DNA from: Gammaproteobacteria bacterium
Lineage (GTDB): Bacteria > Pseudomonadota > Gammaproteobacteria > UBA12402
Assembly: GCA_018812595.1 (NCBI GenBank)
Contig: JAHJDF010000092.1
Span: forward strand, 1-60,962
DNA: 60,962 bases
Direction of reading: 5' to 3'
The position numbers and the translations under genes were made by a program. The notes beneath the pieces were generated by a model. That model saw nothing but the letters and a program-made list of their open reading frames with translations, made no database searches and was not told the DNA's origin. The number at the start of each line of letters is the position of its first letter. The stretch's first letter is position 1. Shown here piece after piece: positions 1 to 7,697 of this stretch.

Positions 1-165
1 ATGACGGGGTACTGAATTCTAAGCTTTCGCGAGAATGACGGGGTACTGGATTCCCGCCTTCGCGGGAATGACGGGGTACTGAATTCTAAGCTTTCGCGAG
101 AATGACGGGGTACTGGATTCCCGCCTTCGCGGGAATGACGGGGTACCGCCTTCGCGAGAATAACG
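1..165. repeat. Tandem array (about 2.4 copies) of a 67-nt composite REP-like unit, truncated by the window start
   Basis: The unit is ATGACGGGGTACTGAATTCTAAGCTTTCGCGAGA plus ATGACGGGGTACTGGATTCCCGCCTTCGCGGGA at 1-67. It repeats exactly at 68-134, and a degenerate partial copy lies at 135-165. Confidence 0.9.
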
Positions 166-1770
166 AAGCCGACGAGAAAACAACACACAGAGTTTATGGC
201 CGATTTTTCCTTGGGCTAGAACAGAAAACAAACGTTTCGTTTGAATGGGTAATGCCTCGTAATCTTTTTTGATAGCGATGAAACACGCTGGAGCTTTGTA
301 TTGAATCAACGCTTGTTCCGTTTGAATAAAGACCGGCGTGATATTCCTATCCGCGTTCGCAATAAATTTTATGTCTTCGCCATCAGGGCCTATTTTGAAA
401 AATACGGTATGCGGTTTTTTCGGCAATTGTTCGAACGATGTAATAAAGGGCCTGCTCCGTTCAAGATAATTGCTGAGCGGAGCAATCACCATAAGGTGCA
501 TCACGACGAAAGCCAACACGGCAACAAACACAGTGAAAAAATAATTTCTAGGATGAATTTCAAACTCTGTTTTGATGAGCTGACGAATCAATATCAAAGC
601 CAGCATGACAAATAACAAAGCGAACAGATCGGATTGAATTGGAAAATGCACGATGCGATGTGTAAATAAAGCGCTTAGCGCAATCGCAAAAATCAACCAT
701 GGGAATGCGGAACAAAAAAGGACAACCCCTTTACGCAGCCAAAAAAGTGCGCCTTGTTTTTGCAGGTCTACAAAAAGATACGCTGAAATTAAAGACAACG
801 CCGGAACGATAGGTAATACGTAATGCGATTTTTTTGCGCCGGGAATCGACATGCCCAATAAGATGATGAAGACCCATGCAATCAAATACAGCAAGAAACG
901 GTGATCAATATCGACGCGTTTAAAAATAGATCGGACACACGTTGCGATCACCAACAAAGCCAAGGGGTAACCGACGGCATAACTGCCAAAACTGTGAATC
1001 CAGTAGTAATAGAACGGTACATTCTTAGCGCCGTTATTCATTCTTCCAAAAGCCTGCGATAGAAAAATTTGACGAGCAAAAGCGTATCCATATTCGTGGT
1101 TCGCAAGCCATAACAATAACGCCCCGCAAATAATAAAAAGAAGGACACCAACGATCGCTATCAAGAATGCTTTTTTCTTTTCATTGGCCAACACAGCATA
1201 AATAAAACTCACAGCCACAGGAATCACAATGCCGATGGGCCCTCGGAATAAAAAGGAAGCGATGAATAAAATAGGTAACCACAGCAAACGTTTGTTCGTT
1301 TGTAATAAAGTTGCGGAATAAACAATGTAAAAACTTAAGGCTGTAAAAAAAGAAACAAATTGATCTGGGGAAACGCTTCTGGCCGATATAAAAAATTGTT
1401 GCGTAAAAAGCGCAAACAAAACGGCATACAGCCCCCAAATGCGGCGATGCAATAAACCGATTCGATAGATAACAACCAAGGTTGCAGCAGAGATTGCAGC
1501 GGTTGGGAAGATCACGGTTAACGGAGTCACGCGACCAAAGATAGATGAAACGAGATCAGTCAAAACAACAATGGTGCTAGGATAATCGGCATACGGTCCC
1601 AGGTAAGTTGCAGGGAACAAACTGATGCCGTGTTGCATCATGGTTTTCGCGAAAATCGCAAATCGAGCTTCTAACGATAGAAACTCCGCATGAGGAGAAA
1701 TTGTGAATATCAATAAGCCAATAAAAAAGATAGCGCACGACTCAATGCGAATGGCTCGTTTGGCGTTCAT
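19..1770 (-). CDS. Polytopic membrane glycosyltransferase, GT39/GT83 (ArnT/PMT-like) family
   Basis: 583-aa ORF with about 12 hydrophobic segments. The N-terminal loop and overall architecture look like ArnT/PMT-type lipid-linked sugar transferases. It is a paralogue-like partner of ORF 3559-5037. The last roughly 49 codons (19-165) run through the REP tandem array, so the true C-terminus is uncertain. Confidence 0.5.
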   Translation of the reverse strand: MNAKRAIRIESCAIFFIGLLIFTISPHAEFLSLEARFAIFAKTMMQHGISLFPATYLGPYADYPSTIVVLTDLVSSIFGRVTPLTVIFPTAAISAATLVVIYRIGLLHRRIWGLYAVLFALFTQQFFISARSVSPDQFVSFFTALSFYIVYSATLLQTNKRLLWLPILFIASFLFRGPIGIVIPVAVSFIYAVLANEKKKAFLIAIVGVLLFIICGALLLWLANHEYGYAFARQIFLSQAFGRMNNGAKNVPFYYYWIHSFGSYAVGYPLALLVIATCVRSIFKRVDIDHRFLLYLIAWVFIILLGMSIPGAKKSHYVLPIVPALSLISAYLFVDLQKQGALFWLRKGVVLFCSAFPWLIFAIALSALFTHRIVHFPIQSDLFALLFVMLALILIRQLIKTEFEIHPRNYFFTVFVAVLAFVVMHLMVIAPLSNYLERSRPFITSFEQLPKKPHTVFFKIGPDGEDIKFIANADRNITPVFIQTEQALIQYKAPACFIAIKKDYEALPIQTKRLFSVLAQGKIGHKLCVLFSRRLRYSREGGTPSFPRRRESSTPSFSRKLRIQYPVIPAKAGIQYPVILAKA

Positions 1771-1853
1771 GAATCAACCTTAGGAGAATAAAAGAGACGT
1801 CTTTTAACACGCTCTAATTTTGTTGCAATCCCTTTTTGTTTTCAGATACTGAC

Positions 1854-1953
1854 GCGATTTATCGTCATCCCCGCGTAGGCGATTTATCGTCATCCCCGCG
1901 TAGGCGATTTATCGTCATCCCCGCGTAGGCGATTTATCGTCATCCCCGCGTAG
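1854..1953. repeat. Perfect tandem repeat, 4 x 25 nt (GCGATTTATCGTCATCCCCGCGTAG)
   Basis: Copies read directly at 1854-1878, 1879-1903, 1904-1928 and 1929-1953. Each copy carries one REP half-site, GTCATCCCCGCG. Confidence 0.95.
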
Positions 1954-2036
1954 GCGGGGATCCAGTTCTGTCGACACTATTGTCTGGATCCACACCGAAG
2001 CGGGAATGACGAGAGAGATGCGGGGATAACGAGAGA
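1954..2036. repeat. REP-like palindromic element cluster
   Basis: GCGGGGATCCAG-N-CTGGATCC is followed by GAAGCGGGAATGAC and GCGGGGATAAC half-sites. The 24-nt core at 1964-1987 is the exact reverse complement of 3461-3484. Confidence 0.85.
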
Positions 2037-2065
2037 AACTCACAACAAAATAAGGAGACGGAAGA

Positions 2066-2632
2066 ATGAGCATTAAAGCAGACAAATGGATTCGAAAAAT
2101 GGCGCTAGAACACGGAATGATTGATCCTTTTGTGGATCGCCAAGTGCGCAATCATTCGGATAAAAAAATTGTCTCTTTTGGTCTCTCTAGTTATGGCTAC
2201 GATGTTCGTTGTGCGGATGAATTTAAAATTTTCACGAACATCAACGCGGCTACTGTAGATCCGAAAAATTTCACTTCTGATAGTTTCGTCGATATCAAAG
2301 CGCCGGTTTGTATCATTCCTCCAAATTCTTTTGCGCTTGCAAGGACGATTGAATATTTCCGTATCCCTCGGAGTGTACTCACGATTTGCCTTGGAAAATC
2401 TACGTATGCACGTTGCGGAATCATTGTGAATGTCACGCCATTAGAGCCTGAATGGGAAGGTCATGTGACGTTGGAATTTTCGAACACAACAAATTTGCCT
2501 GCGAAAATTTATGCACATGAAGGCGTGGCGCAAATGTTATTTTTAGAAGCCGATGAAGAATGTGAAGTGTCGTATAAAGATCGCGGTGGGAAGTATCAAG
2601 GACAAGAAGGCGTAACCCTCCCTAAGATATAA
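2066..2632 (+). CDS. dcd: dCTP deaminase
   Basis: 188 aa. The N-terminus is [13 protein letters not shown]. The blocks [18 protein letters not shown] and [28 protein letters not shown] match the Dcd family, and the length is typical. Confidence 0.93.
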   Translation: MSIKADKWIRKMALEHGMIDPFVDRQVRNHSDKKIVSFGLSSYGYDVRCADEFKIFTNINAATVDPKNFTSDSFVDIKAPVCIIPPNSFALARTIEYFRIPRSVLTICLGKSTYARCGIIVNVTPLEPEWEGHVTLEFSNTTNLPAKIYAHEGVAQMLFLEADEECEVSYKDRGGKYQGQEGVTLPKI

Positions 2633-2754
2633 GGACGGCCATTAGCACGGAATCTTCGGGCGAAAAAATTCTTTTTAAAGCGCAGCGTATCGAGACATAC
2701 GTGAGCATTTAAAAAGAATTTTTTCGCCCAAATCTTCCGCACTACTGACCGTCC
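2633..2754. repeat. Long imperfect inverted repeat (arms about 47 nt, loop 28 nt) directly after the dcd stop codon
   Basis: The left arm is 2633-2679 and the right arm 2708-2754. The inner 22 bp (AAAATTCTTTTTAAA... / ...TTTAAAAAGAATTTT) are perfectly complementary and the outer parts are partly complementary. A related half-copy lies at 53565-53610. Confidence 0.8.
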
Positions 2755-2824
2755 TCACGATCTATCCGTAATCCATATGTCGAGCTAAAGAATGACTGTC
2801 GCTGTGCCGCTAGTGGACGTTGCT

Positions 2825-2967
2825 GTCATTCCCGAGAAAGCTAAGAATCCAGTCTTTAATTAATATGTTTTCTGGATCCCCGCTTTCGCGGGGATGACGG
2901 AGACGCTTTCGCGGGGATGACGGGGTGCTGCGGGAATAACGAAACGGGCGGATTGCAACCACACGCC
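2825..2967. repeat. REP-like palindromic element cluster with a GCGGATTGCAAC terminal module
   Basis: GTCATTCCCGAGAAAGCTAAGAATCCAG ... CTGGATCCCCGCTTTCGCGGGGATGAC (x2) ... GCGGATTGCAACCACACGCC. Confidence 0.85.
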
Positions 2968-3041
2968 CCCTCTGACGGTTTAAATGCTCATATACGTCTA
3001 TGTTCGCGAACGCAATGTGTGATTAAACAGCTACATACAAG

Positions 3042-3070
3042 TTGACACTATTTGGGTGAATGTTTACTTT
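3042..3070 (+). promoter_or_regulatory. Candidate sigma70 promoter for ihfB (TTGACA-17 nt-TACTTT)
   Basis: TTGACA lies at 3042-3047 and TACTTT at 3065-3070, about 33 nt upstream of the ihfB ATG. This is a sequence match only. Confidence 0.3.
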
Positions 3071-3102
3071 GCTGCGTTTTTTATTCCTCACAGGAAAGTC
3101 CA

Positions 3103-3426
3103 ATGATTAAATCCCAGCTTGTTGAAAGGATCGGTCGTAAATTGTCCTATTTATCAGAAAAAGACATTACGTTGTGCGTTAACAACATCATCGATTCGTT
3201 AATTAAAAATCTCTCAAAAGGCAAACGCATAGAAATTCGTGATTTTGGAAGTTTTGATTTGAACTACCATGCTCCACGTTTAGCGCATAATCCAAAAACC
3301 GGTGAAAAATTAATTACAGATCCAAAATATGTAGCGCATTTCAAACCTGGAAAAGATCTGAAAGAACGAATCAATGCCTCCACTCAGCCGATTCGAGCGG
3401 CAAAAGATGAGGAATCAGAAGAATAA
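3103..3426 (+). CDS. ihfB: Integration host factor beta subunit
   Basis: MIKSQLVERI..., RIEIRDFGSF, and the HU/IHF arm APRLAHNPKTGEKL. An AGGAAA RBS lies just upstream of the ATG at 3103. The track start at 3052 adds a non-homologous Cys-rich leader, so I rejected it. Confidence 0.9.
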   Translation: MIKSQLVERIGRKLSYLSEKDITLCVNNIIDSLIKNLSKGKRIEIRDFGSFDLNYHAPRLAHNPKTGEKLITDPKYVAHFKPGKDLKERINASTQPIRAAKDEESEE

Positions 3427-3436
3427 ATCTGCAGTT

Positions 3437-3537
3437 GTCATTCCTAGCTGCAGCGGGAATCCAGACAATAGTGTCGACAGAACTAGATCCCCGCTTTCGC
3501 GGGGATGACGACAAAACGCTTTCGCGGGGATGACGAC
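3437..3537. repeat. REP-like palindromic element cluster
   Basis: GTCATTCCTAGCTGCAGCGGGAATCCAG, then a 24-nt core, then GATCCCCGCTTTCGCGGGGATGAC twice. Confidence 0.85.
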
Positions 3538-3558
3538 GGAGAGAAATAAGCTTCCACC

Positions 3559-5037
3559 ATGACTCAACAAATTCGCACGAAACGCTGGTTTTCTCTTTTT
3601 ATTTTTCTTCATGTCTCATGCTGGACCCTTGTCACCTCTTTGATGCGTTCAAACTTACCGATGGATGCGATCGAAGGATTCATCTGGGGAAGGCACTTTG
3701 CTTTTGGCTATGACAAAAACCCTTATTTCAATGGTTGGTTGTTTGGCTTAGCAGGGTTGATTGGAGGACACAGTGACTGGGTCATCTATTTCATCTCTCA
3801 ACTATTTGTTGCGCTGTGTTTTTGGGCCATTTGGCGACTCGCAAATAAATTGCTTGCGCCAATCAGCGCACTTGTTTCAGTGTTCCTTTTAGAACTGATT
3901 TCAAGCTACAACATCGATGCCATCGACTTCGACGACAACGTCATTGAATTATCTCTTTGGGCTTTAACCATCCTTACTTTTTATTCCGCGTTAAAAAACA
4001 AAAAAGTGACAAGCTGGTTGCTCGTTGGATTATTTTCTGGGCTCTCGTTCATGACGAAGTATTACGCCATCGTTCTGCTTGCTCCTATGTTATTGATGTT
4101 AGTGCTCGATAAAAGCCTTTGGGATCATTTCAAACAACCCGGTATTTATCTTGGAGGCATCGTCTTTTTAGCGTTGACGCTTGTGCACATTCTTTGGTTG
4201 TTCTCTCATGACTTTGTCACCGTCACTTACGCGATAGGGCGAGTGAATACCGAGATCACGTGGTGGGCTCATTTAATAAAACCGATTCGTTTTACGCTGC
4301 CTTTACTAGAGGCCTGCATATTGCCCGTGCTTGTTTTTTATGGCGTTTTCTATATCGGACGTGAGCCACTTCGTCTGCTTGTAGAACCACAACGCATCAC
4401 ACCGTTCCAACGACAATTTCTGTTGTATATGGGGATAGGGCCTTTTATCACGACCATTATGTTGTCCTTTTTATTTGGCTTTGATTTACATTCCGCATGG
4501 GGACAACCGCTATTTTCGTTATTGGGTATTTTGTTAGTTGTATTTATGAAACCCAAAATCAATGCAAAACGTTTTTATCGTTTTGTGGTTGTTTTAAGCA
4601 TTGTTTTTATTCTTGCTTTGTCGGCTTATGCGATTTCTATGTCGCGTGCAGGTTCTACTTCAAGCGCTCATTATCCGGGCCGCAAAATTGCAACGAACTT
4701 AACGCATGAATGGCATCAGCGTTACCACACTCCTTTGGCTTATGTGATTGGCCCAAGATGGGAAGCCGGAAATGTTGCCAGGTATTCTAAAGATCACCCG
4801 ACGGTTTATATGGAAGCGGATCCTGTTGCGAGTTTTTGGATCAATAAAAAAGAACTACAGAATAAAGGGGCTTTAGTTGTTTGGGATGCAACTAAATCTC
4901 GCGCACAGCAATTCAAAAAATCGCTGAAACATCTTCATCATTGGCGTATAGAAACTTTCTATTGGGATCGCGATAACAGTAAAAAACCTATTAAAATAGG
5001 CGTTGCGTTCTACCCGCCACATGCTGTTGGTTTGTAA
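3559..5037 (+). CDS. Polytopic membrane glycosyltransferase, GT39/GT83 (ArnT/PMT-like) family
   Basis: 492 aa. The first periplasmic loop, LPMDAIEGFIWGRHFAFGYDKNPYF, resembles the acidic loop of ArnT/PMT enzymes. There are about 10-12 TM segments followed by a soluble C-terminal domain. Confidence 0.6.
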   Translation: MTQQIRTKRWFSLFIFLHVSCWTLVTSLMRSNLPMDAIEGFIWGRHFAFGYDKNPYFNGWLFGLAGLIGGHSDWVIYFISQLFVALCFWAIWRLANKLLAPISALVSVFLLELISSYNIDAIDFDDNVIELSLWALTILTFYSALKNKKVTSWLLVGLFSGLSFMTKYYAIVLLAPMLLMLVLDKSLWDHFKQPGIYLGGIVFLALTLVHILWLFSHDFVTVTYAIGRVNTEITWWAHLIKPIRFTLPLLEACILPVLVFYGVFYIGREPLRLLVEPQRITPFQRQFLLYMGIGPFITTIMLSFLFGFDLHSAWGQPLFSLLGILLVVFMKPKINAKRFYRFVVVLSIVFILALSAYAISMSRAGSTSSAHYPGRKIATNLTHEWHQRYHTPLAYVIGPRWEAGNVARYSKDHPTVYMEADPVASFWINKKELQNKGALVVWDATKSRAQQFKKSLKHLHHWRIETFYWDRDNSKKPIKIGVAFYPPHAVGL

Positions 5038-5048
5038 TTGAGAAAAGG

Positions 5049-6110
5049 ATGAACCACATGATGAAATTTGTTTGTGCATTGCTATTCGCTTTCTTTGTAC
5101 AAACTGTTTTTGCAGTACAAGTGAATCATCTCTACAGCACATCTGTTCCTGTTTCCTCACAATCAACTGCTCAACGTAAACGCGGATTGCATCAGGCTTT
5201 AGCGAAAGTTTTGATTCGAGCGAGTGGCGATGACGCTGTTGTACAGCGCGCACCGATGAAACAAGCTTTACAACAAGCTTCTCAATATGTCCGTGAATAC
5301 AGTTATGAAAAGCAGCAAAACGATGACGGCTCACAAACGTTGCAGATGTCTGTCACTTTCGATGCAATTGCTATCAACCAATTGCTACAACAAGCAAAGG
5401 TGCCTGTGTGGTCTTCTCAACGCCCCTTAACATTGCTTTGGTTGGTCATTAAAGATTCTAATGGCACACACCTTATCAACGCTTCATCCACGCACCCAAT
5501 CATCCAAGTGCTTCAAAAGGAAATGGATGCGCGAGGTATTCCTATGTCGATGCCGCTATTAGATCTCTCTGACTTGCAACAAGTATCTCCAGATGACGTT
5601 TGGTATCTCAATCAAACAGCGATCTCAAATGCGTCTAAACGTTATAGATCAAATGCTGTATTGATTGGACGGATTGATGAAACGGATTCATCGCACTTAA
5701 ACAGTCAATGGACTTTGAAGATGGAAGATTCAGAAGAACAATGGTCTGTACCAGACAGTACTGAGGAAAACATCGGATCGATGAGCGTAAAACATCTGGC
5801 ACAAGCCTTGCTTTCTCGTTTTATGACGCCTCCAAATAACACAGTGGATGACATTACTCTTTCGGTGACAGGGTTACACAACGTGACGGATTACGCTCAA
5901 CTAACTCGTTATCTAGAAAATTTATCGGGGGTAACGCATGTGTCCGTGTTGGATATTTCGTCTAATGCAGTGCAATTTAAACTTTCAATCAACGTTAGTG
6001 TGGATGCATTAAAACGAAATATGGAACTAAGCCCTGTACTGAACGGGCTCTCTATAGACAATACGGATCCACAAAATCTTGTGTTAAATGCAGTCATGAA
6101 AAATCAATAA
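5049..6110 (+). CDS. Secreted protein of the DUF2066 type
   Basis: 353 aa. It has a signal peptide (MMKFVCALLFAFFVQTVFA) followed by LYSTSVPVSSQS...RKRGLHQALAKVLIRASGD, which matches my recollection of the DUF2066 N-terminal block. Confidence 0.5.
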   Translation: MNHMMKFVCALLFAFFVQTVFAVQVNHLYSTSVPVSSQSTAQRKRGLHQALAKVLIRASGDDAVVQRAPMKQALQQASQYVREYSYEKQQNDDGSQTLQMSVTFDAIAINQLLQQAKVPVWSSQRPLTLLWLVIKDSNGTHLINASSTHPIIQVLQKEMDARGIPMSMPLLDLSDLQQVSPDDVWYLNQTAISNASKRYRSNAVLIGRIDETDSSHLNSQWTLKMEDSEEQWSVPDSTEENIGSMSVKHLAQALLSRFMTPPNNTVDDITLSVTGLHNVTDYAQLTRYLENLSGVTHVSVLDISSNAVQFKLSINVSVDALKRNMELSPVLNGLSIDNTDPQNLVLNAVMKNQ

Positions 6111-6121
6111 AAAAACAGAAA

Positions 6122-6820
6122 CTACTCTTGGCTTTTAATATTCCATCCGGCGCACTTCCAATACGGTTGAGCGTTTTCTTTTTCAAAAATACATAACCCG
6201 CCTGTCGACACTTTTATTTTGTGTTCCGCTGCGAAGGTTTTGAAATCACCTGTTAAATAAGGAGAAAAACGAATAATGCCGTTACTGGATACAATCATGA
6301 CCGTCTGGTCTTGATATTGTTCTGCAACCTCTTTCCCCAGCGTTACCCATGTATCGATATATTTTTGCGGGTCAACCAACCAGCCGTTTGGCACAGTTGC
6401 ATCACGGTTCCATGCATCGATGATCGCACGTCCTTTTTCTTTAATTTGTTCTTCAGAAAACTTAGAAAGATTTTCGCCTTCATCTTTCAGACTTTTTTTA
6501 CCAAGTCTAAAACGCACTTCATCCTCTGTTTTATTTTCATCGGGGCCGTAATCAATTTCAGTAAAACGATGATCTTCATAGATCATGGAAGGATCTAACC
6601 CCATTGCTTCACAAGCGAATTGTGCTGTTTCCATTGTGCGTTTTAAGGGAGCCGCCCAGATAACATAAGGCAATAAATGATGGTTTTTAATATATCGCCC
6701 TAAAGCACACGCTCGATCTTTTTCAACTAATGATAAGTCTGTGCGCGCACCGACACGACGAGGTGTTTCATTTGGAAGGAATGTATTTCCGTGTCTAGCG
6801 ATCAGAATGCGTGTGGTCAT
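6122..6820 (-). CDS. Histidine phosphatase (phosphoglycerate mutase-like) family protein
   Basis: RHG catalytic motif (ILIARHGNT) at the N-terminus. A GGAGA RBS lies upstream of the ATG at 6820. The track start at 6841 would contain that RBS. The CDS overlaps the kdsB 3' end by 26 nt. Confidence 0.75.
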   Translation of the reverse strand: MTTRILIARHGNTFLPNETPRRVGARTDLSLVEKDRACALGRYIKNHHLLPYVIWAAPLKRTMETAQFACEAMGLDPSMIYEDHRFTEIDYGPDENKTEDEVRFRLGKKSLKDEGENLSKFSEEQIKEKGRAIIDAWNRDATVPNGWLVDPQKYIDTWVTLGKEVAEQYQDQTVMIVSSNGIIRFSPYLTGDFKTFAAEHKIKVSTGGLCIFEKENAQPYWKCAGWNIKSQE

Positions 6821-7646
6821 TATTCTCTCCGGTAAATTCACCCTGTTTTTCTAATAATGCTTCGGCTTTCGAAACATCTTCGGGGCTATCAATGCCAGAC
6901 ATGCCGATACGTCCTCGGTAATCAACGGCCACAATGCGAATAGAAATACCATTTTCTAAAAAACGTAATTGTTCGAGCCCTTCAAGTTTCTCGTAATAAC
7001 TTTCTGGGAGTTGTTTTAGTTTCTTCAGAATGTCTGTCCGATAACCGTACACACCGATATGACGATAGATGGGAGATTGTTTTGATAACTGTCGATACTT
7101 TTCTTCTTTGCGAATGGCAGGAATGATTTGCTTAGAAAACCAAACGGCATTTTTAGTCTTGTGATTTAAGACGGCTGTCGTTCCCGAAAAAGGTGTTTTT
7201 ATTTTACTGCTTCTTAACGCGTCCAATTCCTGCCAAGTCAAATTAACGCACGGAGTAACAACTTCAACCGATGAATCATTGTTGTATTCATTTAACATGG
7301 CTTCAATGAACCAAGGGGGGCAGAGAGGGTTGTCGCCTTGCAAATTCATAACGAAACTAAACTTATCGTCTATTTTTTGTATCACTTCACAAACACGATC
7401 TGTTCCCGTTCGGCATTCCGTAGAAGTCATGAAGTACCGAATATCATGCTGTTCGCAAAATGATTGAATGCGTTCATCGTCCGTTGCAACAACAGCTTCA
7501 ACATTCTCAATTTTATTAGAAACATATTGAGCAATTTCCCAAACACGCAACAACATTTCTTTCCCAGCAATTTTTACTAACTGTTTACCAGGAAAACGTG
7601 TTGAGGCATAACGTGCGGGAATAACAATTAAAGATTTTTGATTCAT
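6795..7646 (-). CDS. kdsB: 3-deoxy-manno-octulosonate cytidylyltransferase (CMP-KDO synthetase)
   Basis: The N-terminal block is IVIPARYASTRFPGKQL, with LQGDNP and GVYGYR blocks further in. At 283 aa it is about 30 aa longer than typical KdsB at the C-terminus. Confidence 0.88.
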   Translation of the reverse strand: MNQKSLIVIPARYASTRFPGKQLVKIAGKEMLLRVWEIAQYVSNKIENVEAVVATDDERIQSFCEQHDIRYFMTSTECRTGTDRVCEVIQKIDDKFSFVMNLQGDNPLCPPWFIEAMLNEYNNDSSVEVVTPCVNLTWQELDALRSSKIKTPFSGTTAVLNHKTKNAVWFSKQIIPAIRKEEKYRQLSKQSPIYRHIGVYGYRTDILKKLKQLPESYYEKLEGLEQLRFLENGISIRIVAVDYRGRIGMSGIDSPEDVSKAEALLEKQGEFTGENNDHTHSDR

Positions 7647-7697
7647 ATAGATCTCTTTTTTGCTAAAGAGTATGCCGTAACTTTCAGAATGAAATGA

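Noticed and set aside
1915-2151. Track ORF 1915-2151 (-), plus similar repeat-derived ORFs at 3415-3612 (-) and 49229-49516 (-)
   Set aside because: They run through REP clusters and overlap the real dcd and GT39 starts. The PRLRGDD and SPRKRGS peptides are REP translations.
4873-5334. 153-aa minus-strand ORF spanning the GT39/DUF2066 junction
   Set aside because: It is antisense to two well-supported genes and crosses their intergenic spacer. I recognise no motifs in it.
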